From a virus (taxonomy: Duplodnaviria; Heunggongvirae; Uroviricota; Caudoviricetes), in the IMG/VR virus record IMGVR_UViG_2675903578_000007: a stretch of 8,713 bases of DNA; one strand, given 5' to 3'. Positions within the stretch are counted from its first letter, which is position 1. Each line of letters starts with the position of its first letter. The notes beneath the pieces were generated by a model. That model saw only the letters and a program-made list of their open reading frames with translations, was not told the origin of the DNA and made no database searches. A program made the position numbers and the translations under genes. Of the stretch, positions 1 to 6,877 are shown piece after piece.

Positions 1-20
1 ATATTGGTAAAGGTGATTCA

Positions 21-51
21 GGCCATCAGAGTTTTGCTGATGGCCTTTTTT
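21..51 (+). terminator. Rho-independent terminator in the late-operon leader (tR'-like), just upstream of the holin
   Basis: Seen in sequence: perfect 9-bp inverted repeat GGCCATCAG (21-29) / CTGATGGCC (37-45) with a 7-nt loop, followed directly by TTTTTT (46-51). Its position just 5' of the first lysis gene matches the lambdoid late-operon layout (established knowledge). Confidence 0.55.
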
Positions 52-86
52 CTTTCCGATAGCACAGGTCTGTCGGGGGGCGGGAT

Positions 87-302
87 ATGTATCAGATGGA
101 AAAAATATCAACAGGCATTGCCTACGGCACCTCCGCCGGCAGTGCCGGCTACTGGTTTTTGCAGTGGTTGGATCAGGTCAGTCCATCACAGTGGGCTGCG
201 ATTGGTGTGCTGGGAAGTCTGCTTCTGGGGCTTCTGACTTATCTGACAAATCTGTATTTCAAAATAAGAGAAGACAAGCGTAAGGCTGCGAGAGGTGAAT
301 AA
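87..302 (+). CDS. S: Class II holin, phage 21 S21-like pinholin (71 aa) with dual-start motif
   Basis: 71-aa [74 protein letters not shown]. It has a Gly/Ala-rich weakly hydrophobic first helix, a second hydrophobic helix and a basic C-terminal tail, near-identical as recalled to phage 21 S21. Met codons at 1 and 4 (87 and 96) form a dual-start motif. Stop TAA at 300-302 overlaps the next ATG (TAATG). Confidence 0.93.
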   Translation: MYQMEKISTGIAYGTSAGSAGYWFLQWLDQVSPSQWAAIGVLGSLLLGLLTYLTNLYFKIREDKRKAARGE

Positions 303-799
303 TGTCGCCATCATTACGCAAGGCTGTTGCAGCTGCTATTGGTGGTGGGGCTGTTGCTATAGCATCTGTGTTAATCACTGGCCCAGGTGGTAACGATGGT
401 CTGGAAGGTGTCAGCTACATACCATACAAAGATATCATTGGTGTATGGACTGTATGTCACGGACACACCGGAAAAGACATCATGCTCGGTAAAACGTATA
501 CCGAAGCAGAATGCAAAGCCCTCCTGAATAAAGACCTTGCCACTGTCGCCAGACAAATTAACCCGTACATCAAAGTCGATATACCGGAAACAACGCGCGG
601 CGCTCTTTACTCGTTCGTTTACAACGTGGGTGCTGGTAATTTCAGAACATCGACGCTTCTTCGCAAAATAAACCAGGGCGATATCAAAGGCGCATGTGAC
701 CAGCTACGTCGCTGGACATATGCTGGCGGTAAGCAATGGAAAGGGCTGATGACCCGTCGTGAGATTGAGCGTGAAGTCTGTTTGTGGGGGCNNNNNNNN
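302..799 (+). CDS. R: SAR endolysin (phage 21 R21-like lysozyme with N-terminal signal-anchor-release domain); last codons and stop are masked
   Basis: ORF from ATG 302; N-terminal Gly/Ala-rich SAR segment [23 protein letters not shown] followed by a lysozyme core ([27 protein letters not shown]...). 163 codons are visible up to 790 (ending ...EVCLWG). End coordinate is estimated from the 165-aa length recalled for R21-family proteins; the true stop lies inside the N run. Confidence 0.9.
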
Positions 800-1218
800 N
801 NNNNNNNNNNNNNNNNNNNNNNNNNNNNNNNNNNNNNNNNNNNNNNNNNNNNNNNNNNNNNNNNNNNNNNNNNNNNNNNNNNNNNNNNNNNNNNNNNNNN
901 NNNNNNNNNNNNNNNNNNNNNNNNNNNNNNNNNNNNNNNNNNNNNNNNNNNNNNNNNNNNNNNNNNNNNNNNNNNNNNNNNNNNNNNNNNNNNNNNNNNN
1001 NNNNNNNNNNNNNNNNNNNNNNNNNNNNNNNNNNNNNNNNNGCAGTCTGTCAGTCAGTGCGTGAAGCCACCACCGCCTCCGGCGTGGATAATGCAACCAG
1101 CCCCCGACTGGCAGACACCGCTGAACGGGATTATTTCACCCTCAGAGAGCGGCTGATGACGATGCAGATGCAACTGGAAGGGGCACAGGAGTATATCCGC
1201 ACTCAGTGCATTAAGTAG
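784..1218 (+). CDS. Rz: Rz i-spanin (lambda Rz-like); N-terminal part masked
   Basis: Visible C-terminus 1042-1218: [58 protein letters not shown], near-identical as recalled to the lambda Rz C-terminus; stop TAG 1216-1218. In this frame the last stop before the mask is at 772-774 and a GTG sits at 784, so the start is at 784 or inside the mask. Confidence 0.85.
   Translation: MGXXXXXXXXXXXXXXXXXXXXXXXXXXXXXXXXXXXXXXXXXXXXXXXXXXXXXXXXXXXXXXXXXXXXXXXXXXXXXXXXXXXXAVCQSVREATTASGVDNATSPRLADTAERDYFTLRERLMTMQMQLEGAQEYIRTQCIK
1042..1156 (+). CDS. Rz1: Rz1 o-spanin, embedded in Rz in the +1 frame (visible C-terminal part; start masked)
   Basis: Alternate-frame translation [37 protein letters not shown], with the proline-rich run typical of lambda Rz1; stop TGA 1154-1156. 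Start and lipobox lie in the N run; a 60-aa length as recalled for lambda Rz1 would put the start near 975. Confidence 0.8.
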
Positions 1219-1260
1219 CCTTTTTATCGTGGTAAACATTTCGCAGGGTATGAGGTATTT

Positions 1261-1611
1261 ATGCCATCACTAATCCCACGTGCCTGCCGTAAGCGTGGAT
1301 GTGCAGGTACAACCACAGACAGTTCGGGTTACTGCGATAAACATCGCGGTGAAGGCTGGGTGCAGCACCAGCGCGGACTGAGCCGCCACCAGCGTGGCTA
1401 TGGCTCAAAATGGACGGTGATTCGTGCCCGTATTCTGAAGCGCGATAAAGGTCTGTGTCAGTTGTGTCTGCGTGTCGGTGTGGTGAGCGAGGCGAAAACC
1501 GTCGACCACATCATCCCGAAAGCGCATGGCGGAACAGACGCAGACAGCAACCTGCAGAGTCTGTGCTGGCCCTGCCATAAAGCGAAAACAGCGCGCGAAC
1601 GAATCCGGTGA
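1261..1611 (+). CDS. HNH endonuclease (phage HNH, zinc-binding; HK97 gp74-like position after the lysis cassette)
   Basis: 116-aa ORF with ATG 1261 preceded by GAGGT. N-terminal Cys cluster CRKRGCAGTTTDSSGYCDKH and an HNH core DHIIPKAHGGTDADSNLQSLCWPCHKAKTARE. Stop TGA 1609-1611. Confidence 0.9.
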   Translation: MPSLIPRACRKRGCAGTTTDSSGYCDKHRGEGWVQHQRGLSRHQRGYGSKWTVIRARILKRDKGLCQLCLRVGVVSEAKTVDHIIPKAHGGTDADSNLQSLCWPCHKAKTARERIR

Positions 1612-1901
1612 TAATTATTCTCACTTGTAGGGAGGGGCGGGGCAAATNNNNNNNNNNNNNNNNNNNNNNNNNNNNNNNNNNNNNNNNNNNNNNNNNNNNN
1701 NNNNNNNNNNNNNNNNNNNNNNNNNNNNNNNNNNNNNNNNNNNNNNNNNNNNNNNNNNNNNNNNNNNNNNNNNNNNNNNNNNNNNNNNNNNNNNNNNNNN
1801 NNNNNNNNNNNNNNNNNNNNNNNNNNNNNNNNNNNNNNNNNNNNNNNNNNNNNNNNNNNNNNNNNNNNNNNNNNNNNNNNNNNNNNNNNNNNNNNNNNNN
1901 N

Positions 1902-2084
1902 AAATGCCCTGTGCCATCCTCAGCCGAAACCTCCAGCGCCTCCGGCATGGGCAATGATGCCACCGTCGAACTCTCTCCAGTTGCTGGACGAAACGTTCTC
2001 GGTATCCGGGACGGAATCATCAGCGACCAGACAGCATTGAGAATGCTTCAGGAGTACATCAGGATCCAATGCCTTGGGGGGTAG
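1902..2084 (+). CDS. Second Rz-family i-spanin (divergent paralog), visible C-terminal part; N-terminus masked
   Basis: Visible translation ...SSAETSSASGMGNDATVELSPVAGRNVLGIRDGIISDQTALRMLQEYIRIQCLGG aligns without gaps to the first Rz C-terminus with 19 of 52 identical residues, including ASG, QEYIR and QC. Stop TAG 2082-2084. A strong SD-like GGGAGGGG at 1630-1637 just before the mask suggests a start near 1650, giving about 145 aa (inference). Confidence 0.7.
   Translation, partial: KCPVPSSAETSSASGMGNDATVELSPVAGRNVLGIRDGIISDQTALRMLQEYIRIQCLGG
1903..2040 (+). CDS. Second Rz1-like o-spanin, embedded in the +1 frame of the second Rz (visible C-terminal part)
   Basis: +1 frame translation NALCHPQPKPPAPPAWAMMPPSNSLQLLDETFSVSGTESSATRQH with stop TGA 2038-2040. 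The proline-rich PPAPPAW.M.PP core matches the [11 protein letters not shown] core of Rz1. Lying wholly inside the Rz-like ORF mirrors the lambda Rz/Rz1 arrangement. Confidence 0.6.
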   Translation, partial: NALCHPQPKPPAPPAWAMMPPSNSLQLLDETFSVSGTESSATRQH

Positions 2085-2172
2085 CGGTAATTTTACTCAT
2101 TATCCTTCAAATCAGATTCTGTTGTCAGAGGAATGGGGGAAGCTGGATTCGCAAGAGCTTTTTATGGGCAGT

Positions 2173-2682
2173 TTAGCTAAAAAAAGGCAACACGAAGCTA
2201 AAACTACCAACATAAAGTGCTGACCAGCTAGCAGCTGAAATCAGACTCACTGTATACACTTTCACTGGATGAAGTTGCAACATTCCTGCCACCAAAGGAG
2301 CAATATAACGCAGCACGGCGATAAAGCGCGAAGTGAAAAGTATTGACACAGAGTTATTTTGCAACTGAAGGCGAACCCGTTCTATTGTATTGGAACGGCT
2401 TGATATTATACATGCAAGTTGAGGGATATGCCCAATTATTATACCAAGATGGTAATTAACGATAGTACCGCACCATGCGCCACTCATGACCGTGATTCCA
2501 GCTTCCCATGGTGAAAGAGTCGTCTTGCTGACTGTAATTACAGTGGCCATCATAATTGATGCTGGTGGCAATATCGCCGAAATGAGTAAAGTGGATTTTG
2601 TGAACGCTATTATAAAAAGAAGCCCCCATAGGCGATATGGATGAAGTACAAAATAGTTCATCAAAGCATTTATCCACTCCAT
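2173..2682 (-). CDS. DedA/YqaA-like (TVP38/SNARE-associated superfamily) inner-membrane protein; prophage moron on the opposite strand
   Basis: 169-aa minus-strand ORF (ATG at 2682, stop at 2173-2175) with an AAGGAAAG ribosome-binding site upstream on the minus strand. It is predicted polytopic, and its segments LLISAILPPASIMMATV, GAWCGTIVNYHLGI and RFIAVLRYIAPLVAGMLQL resemble YqaA/DedA motifs as recalled. The gene and flanks are visibly AT-richer than the neighbouring late genes and read against them. Confidence 0.65.
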   Translation of the reverse strand: MEWINALMNYFVLHPYRLWGLLFIIAFTKSTLLISAILPPASIMMATVITVSKTTLSPWEAGITVMSGAWCGTIVNYHLGIIIGHIPQLACIISSRSNTIERVRLQLQNNSVSILFTSRFIAVLRYIAPLVAGMLQLHPVKVYTVSLISAASWSALYVGSFSFVLPFFS

Positions 2683-2879
2683 CAATGTCTTTCCTTCTGT
2701 GAATTTTTCTTTGCTATTTAACCGTGATACGACTTAATTTAGGCTTAAACACCTTACATTTACAAGGTACTCCTGTGGGGGGCCCTGCCACGGAGCGTCG
2801 CAGGAGTGAGTGATGAGGAAGAATTAAAGCAACCTATTGTGACAGGCAGCGATAACAGTAAATCACAGGAAGCATAATC

Positions 2880-3644
2880 ATGGCAAAACCGGACTGGGAG
2901 GCCATCGAATCGGCATACCGGGCCGGAGTCCTTAGCCTCCGTGATATAGGCGAGAAATACGGCGTTACAGAAGGGGCTATCAGGAAGAGGGCCAAAAAGC
3001 TTGGTTGGGCACGCAGTGGCGGTACGCAGGTTTGCAAAAATGGTACGCAAAAAAGGAAAGTGCGTACCAGCAGAAAGCCTGCCATTACTGGCCTTACACA
3101 AAAAAGTACGCAACTAAAAACAGAATCTACACCGGATACGAAACCGATACGCGGAATGCGTACCGATCCCCCGACTAACCCATTCCAACCCGGTAACCAG
3201 CAGGCATTAAAACACGGTGGTTATGCCCGTCGCCTTCTGCTCAAAGATGAGGTGATAGAGGACGCTAAAGCGTTGACGCTCGAGGACGAATTATTTCGCC
3301 TTCGTGCTAACAACCTTGTCGCTGCAGAGAATATTGGTCGGTGGTTGGTGTCGCTGGAAGATGCTAATGGGGACCAGGAAAGGAAGATGCTGATTGAAAA
3401 TATCAGCGCCGCCGAGAAAGCAATGATGCGCAATACAGTTCGTATTGAGTCCATCGTTGGCACGCTTGCGACGGTAGGAAAAATATTTGCTGATACAGCC
3501 TACCGCAAGGCCGCCACTGATAAGGTGTCTCTGGAGGCTGATCGTCTTCGCCGTGATGCAGGTATTGATGATGGCAATGGAGAGCGTGACCTCAATGACT
3601 TCTACTCTGACATCCAAACCGACGCTGAATCCGGCTTTACGTAG
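2880..3644 (+). CDS. Terminase small subunit (N-terminal HTH DNA-binding domain)
   Basis: 254-aa ORF with ATG 2880 preceded by AGGAAG. N-terminus MAKPDWEAIESAYRAGVLSLRDIGEKYGVTEGAIRKRAKKLGW is the typical HTH start of phage small terminases; it sits directly upstream of the large terminase. Stop TAG 3642-3644. Confidence 0.88.
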   Translation: MAKPDWEAIESAYRAGVLSLRDIGEKYGVTEGAIRKRAKKLGWARSGGTQVCKNGTQKRKVRTSRKPAITGLTQKSTQLKTESTPDTKPIRGMRTDPPTNPFQPGNQQALKHGGYARRLLLKDEVIEDAKALTLEDELFRLRANNLVAAENIGRWLVSLEDANGDQERKMLIENISAAEKAMMRNTVRIESIVGTLATVGKIFADTAYRKAATDKVSLEADRLRRDAGIDDGNGERDLNDFYSDIQTDAESGFT

Positions 3645-3654
3645 TTTCTGGACT

Positions 3655-4998
3655 ATGCGGGCACGTAACAAAGTGCTTTATGGTGGTCGGTCATCGTCAA
3701 AATCATGGGATGCCGCTGGCATTGCCATATTTCTGTCGAATAAATACACCCTGCGTTTTTGTTGTGCCCGTCAGATCCAGAATAAAATCGAAGAGTCGGT
3801 GTATACCCTGCTCAAAATTCAGATAGACAGGTTTGGTCTGCGGCACCGTTTCCGTATTCTGAACAACAAAATCATTAACCGGGTTACTGGCTCGGAATTT
3901 GTTTTTTATGGATTATGGCGCAACATCGAAGAAATTAAGTCACTGGAGGGGATCGATGTGTTGTGGCTGGAAGAAGCCCACGCACTGACGGAATACCAGT
4001 GGAAAATTCTGGAGCCAACGATCCGTAAAGAGGGTTCGGAATGCTGGTTCATATTCAACCCCGGACTTGTTACTGATTTCGTCTGGCGCAACTTCGTTGT
4101 TGATCCGCCCGAAGGCACTCTCATCCGCAAAATTAACTATGACGAAAATCCGTTTCTGTCTGACACCATGCTTAAGGTTATCGACGCGGCGCGACGCCGT
4201 GATCCGGATGGTTTTAAACATGTGTATGAGGGCGTTCCGGAGTCTGATGATGATGCGGCAATCATCAAACTGTCTTGGATAGAAGCCGCAGTGGATGCGC
4301 ACAAAACGTTAAATTTCGAACCCAGTGGAAGAAAGCGTATTGGCTTTGACGTGGCTGACAGTGGTACAGATAAGTGCGCTAACGTTTACCGTCACGGATC
4401 CGTTGTTTTCTGGGCCGACGAATGGAAGGCCAAAGAAGATGAATTACTGAAGAGCTGCCAGCGTACTTATCAGGCGGCGCTGGAGCGTGAAGCAGATATT
4501 GTTTACGACTCTATCGGTGTTGGTGCGTCTGCCGGTGCTAAATTCTCTGAAATTAACGCTGACCGGAAGAGCGAGAACGCATACGCGCGACGTGTGAATT
4601 ACCAGAGGTTTAACGCCGGTGCTGGTGTGCATGAGCCAGATGACGAGTACAACGGCATCCCCAACAAAGACTTTTTCGCAAATCTTAAGGCTCAGGCATG
4701 GTGGCTGGTGGCTGACCGTTTCAGAAATACGTTTAACGCCATTAACAACGGAGAACAGTATCCTGTGGATGAGCTGATCAGCATAGATTCTCGTTGTCCG
4801 TTGCTTGAAAAGCTGAAACTGGAACTGACAACACCTCATCGTGATTTCGACCGTAACGGACGTGTGATGGTCGAAAGTAAAAAAGACCTCGCAAAACGCG
4901 AGATACCGTCACCAAACGTTGCTGATGCATTCATTATGGCCTTCGCGCCAATCGATACATCGCTGGATATCTGGGAACAGCTGGGGAGACAGGCCTGA
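3655..4998 (+). CDS. Terminase large subunit (ATPase/nuclease, PBSX/T4-like family)
   Basis: Long ORF with Walker A-like YGGRSSSKSWDAAG and Walker B-like VLWLEEAH motifs near the N-terminus and a C-terminal nuclease-like region. Start chosen at the first ATG after the small-subunit stop (3655); the tool start at 3487 would overlap the small subunit by 158 nt. Stop TGA 4996-4998 overlaps the next ATG. Confidence 0.9.
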   Translation: MRARNKVLYGGRSSSKSWDAAGIAIFLSNKYTLRFCCARQIQNKIEESVYTLLKIQIDRFGLRHRFRILNNKIINRVTGSEFVFYGLWRNIEEIKSLEGIDVLWLEEAHALTEYQWKILEPTIRKEGSECWFIFNPGLVTDFVWRNFVVDPPEGTLIRKINYDENPFLSDTMLKVIDAARRRDPDGFKHVYEGVPESDDDAAIIKLSWIEAAVDAHKTLNFEPSGRKRIGFDVADSGTDKCANVYRHGSVVFWADEWKAKEDELLKSCQRTYQAALEREADIVYDSIGVGASAGAKFSEINADRKSENAYARRVNYQRFNAGAGVHEPDDEYNGIPNKDFFANLKAQAWWLVADRFRNTFNAINNGEQYPVDELISIDSRCPLLEKLKLELTTPHRDFDRNGRVMVESKKDLAKREIPSPNVADAFIMAFAPIDTSLDIWEQLGRQA

Positions 4999-5984
4999 TG
5001 GCACGAAACAAACAAGCCCTGCGGCGAACTGTGCAGGCCACAGCTGATGGTTATGAGAATTTTATTGCCCGCGTAGGGATGCAGACACCTAACCAGCACT
5101 CAGCATCCACCTACCGGGCTAATTTCACCAGTCGTAACCGCATGCTGGTGGAATGGTCCTATCGTTCATCCTAGATCATCGGCGAAGCAGTCGATGCTAT
5201 CCCGGATGATATGACCCGCAAAGGCATTCGCATCACTTCGGAAATTGATGCAAAAGATCGTGGCATTCTCGAATCACAACTGGATGAGTTGCAAATCTGG
5301 GATGCGCTGAATGACGTGCTGAAATGGTCGCGCCTCTACGGCGGCGCGGTGGGTTTCATCATGATTGAGGGGTAGGCACCAATGACCCCGCTGCGACCCG
5401 AAACCATCGGTAAGGGCAAGTTTAAGGGGATTCTCCCGCTCGACCGCTGGATGGTCGACCCGGCACTGACCCGCCGCATTAAAGATATGGGGCCGGACCT
5501 GGGTAAACCTGAGTTTTACGATGTGGTGACCACAGCAACGGGAATTCCTGCCTGGCGCATTCATCACAGTCGCCTGATTCGCTTTGATGGCGTCACGTTG
5601 CCATTTCAGCAGAAGATGACCGAGAACGAATGGGGAATGTCGGTTGTAGAGCGTATCTGGGATCGTCTTACCGCGTTCGACAGCGCTACTGTCGGCGCGG
5701 CGCAGCTGGTCTACAAGGCGCATTTGCGTACCTACAGCGTGGAGAAGCTACGCGAGCTTATCGCACTTGGTGGTCCTGCGTATGAAGCGTTGCTGAAGAA
5801 TATCGACCTGATTCGACAGTTCCAGAGTAATGAAGGCATGACGCTCATGGACTCGCGGGATAAGTTTGAAACCCATCAGTACAGCTTCAGTGGTCTGGAT
5901 GACATCCTTTCGCAGTTTGTAGAACAGATTAGTGGCGCTGTTGGTATCCCACTGGTGCGGTTGTTCGGACAGTCCCCGAAAGGA
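4998..5984 (+). pseudogene. Portal protein (DUF1073/HI1409-like family), interrupted by two in-frame TAG codons; C-terminus masked
   Basis: One reading frame gives MARNKQALRR...LVEWSYRSS-TAG(5172-5174)-IIGEAVDAIPDDMTRKGIRI...WSRLYGGAVGFIMIEG-TAG(5373-5375)-APMTPLRPETIGKGKFKGILPLDRW... and stays open to the mask at 5985. Both stops were checked codon by codon, and the flanking segments look coding in the same frame. Position after the large terminase and before the MuF-like gene fits a portal. Confidence 0.8.
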
Positions 5985-6241
5985 NNNNNNNNNNNNNNNN
6001 NNNNNNNNNNNNNNNNNNNNNNNNNNNNNNNNNNNNNNNNNNNNNNNNNNNNNNNNNNNNNNNNNNNNNNNNNNNNNNNNNNNNNNNNNNNNNNNNNNNN
6101 NNNNNNNNNNNNNNNNNNNNNNNNNNNNNNNNNNNNNNNNNNNNNNNNNNNNNNNNNNNNNNNNNNNNNNNNNNNNNNNNNNNNNNNNNNNNNNNNNNNN
6201 NNNNNNNNNNNNNNNNNNNNNNNNNNNNNNNNNNNNNNNAC

Positions 6242-6874
6242 AGTATCACGGAAATTATTGCGGCGCTGGAGCGTTACAGTGAAATCATCACCCCCTGGGC
6301 GACAAAGGTCGCGGAAAACTTTACTGCGGACCTAACCCGGCAGAACGAGAAAGTTTGGCGGCAACACAGCAAGAACATCAGTCGCGAGCTCCGCAATCTT
6401 GTGGAAAGCGCTCCTGTGGGCCAGGTGATGCAATCCATCATCGCCGAACAGGTCAAGTACATCAAATCTCTGCCTCTCGAGGCCGCAGACAGGGTGTACG
6501 ACATCCAGAACAAAGCGATAGAGGCTGTTGTCACCGGTGGTCGGGCGGAGCAGTTTGCTAAAGAGATTGCATCTACCGGCGATGTTGCTAAGTCTAGGGC
6601 CGATCTGATTGCCCGAACGGAACTGGGAAGAGCAACGGGCGCGCTGGATATGGCCCGAGCGATAGCTATTGGCTCGGATGGTTATATTTGGCGTACAGCC
6701 GATGATGGCGATGTCCGAGATTCCCACGATCACATGAAAGGTAAATTCGTCCGCTGGGATTCACCTCCAACTTTGGACGGCATGACCGGCCACGCGGGCG
6801 AGCTGCCAAACTGCCGCTGCTATAAAGAGATCGTGTTTGTTCGCGTTCCATTCGCAATGAAAAGGGCAGCATAA
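6242..6874 (+). CDS. Phage head morphogenesis protein (Mu F / SPP1 gp7-like); N-terminus masked
   Basis: Frame is open from the mask edge: ...SITEIIAALERYSEIITPWATKVAENF...ADLIARTELGRATGALDMARAIAIGSDGYIWRTADDGDVRDSHDHMKGKFVRWD..., a MuF-like C-terminal signature. Stop TAA 6872-6874. The tool's start at 6401 is an internal GTG. Confidence 0.85.
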   Translation, partial: SITEIIAALERYSEIITPWATKVAENFTADLTRQNEKVWRQHSKNISRELRNLVESAPVGQVMQSIIAEQVKYIKSLPLEAADRVYDIQNKAIEAVVTGGRAEQFAKEIASTGDVAKSRADLIARTELGRATGALDMARAIAIGSDGYIWRTADDGDVRDSHDHMKGKFVRWDSPPTLDGMTGHAGELPNCRCYKEIVFVRVPFAMKRAA

Positions 6875-6877
6875 CCC

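Noticed and set aside
4-237. 77-aa plus-strand ORF overlapping the terminator and the holin start
   Set aside because: It runs through the terminator hairpin and overlaps the well-supported holin in another frame; no ribosome-binding site or recognisable family.
759-1218. ORFs drawn across N runs by the six-frame track (e.g. 759-1064, 704-1096, 1511-2020, 1621-1917, 5929-6249, 5932-6282)
   Set aside because: They consist mostly of X residues from masked bases; continuity across the mask cannot be assumed.
1608-1647. GTG at 1608 as the start of the second Rz-like gene (MIIILTCREGRGK...)
   Set aside because: This N-terminus has no transmembrane helix as Rz proteins do, and the segment contains an SD-like GGGAGGGG, which fits better as the ribosome-binding site for a start inside the masked region.
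2139-2164. Possible bidirectional terminator between the convergent second Rz and DedA-like genes
   Set aside because: Only a 5-bp stem (AAGCT/AGCTT) with an 11-nt loop before a T run; too weak to call.
2807-2878. Small ORF (about 23 codons, GTG start) just upstream of the small terminase
   Set aside because: No ribosome-binding site, very short, and it overlaps the likely terminase translation-initiation region.
3487-3654. Upstream extension of the large terminase ORF (tool start at 3487)
   Set aside because: It would overlap the last 158 nt of the small terminase gene; the first ATG after that stop (3655) lies just upstream of the Walker A region and is the more plausible start, though an internal alternative start cannot be excluded.
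4704-5151. Chi octamers GCTGGTGG at 4704-4711 and 5144-5151 on the plus strand
   Set aside because: Chi is abundant in Escherichia-type genomes and phage regions; two copies in 8.7 kb are not remarkable, though they fit the inferred host.
4998-5375. Reading the portal TAG codons as evidence of a reassigned genetic code
   Set aside because: TAG terminates Rz (1216-1218), the second Rz (2082-2084) and the small terminase (3642-3644) at positions consistent with homolog lengths, so standard code with nonsense mutations is the simpler reading.
6240-6335. Continuation of the portal frame after the third N block (TVSRKLLRRWSVTVKSSPPGRQRSRKTLLRT)
   Set aside because: Low-complexity R/K/S-rich translation overlapping the convincing MuF-like frame; the portal more likely ends inside the mask.
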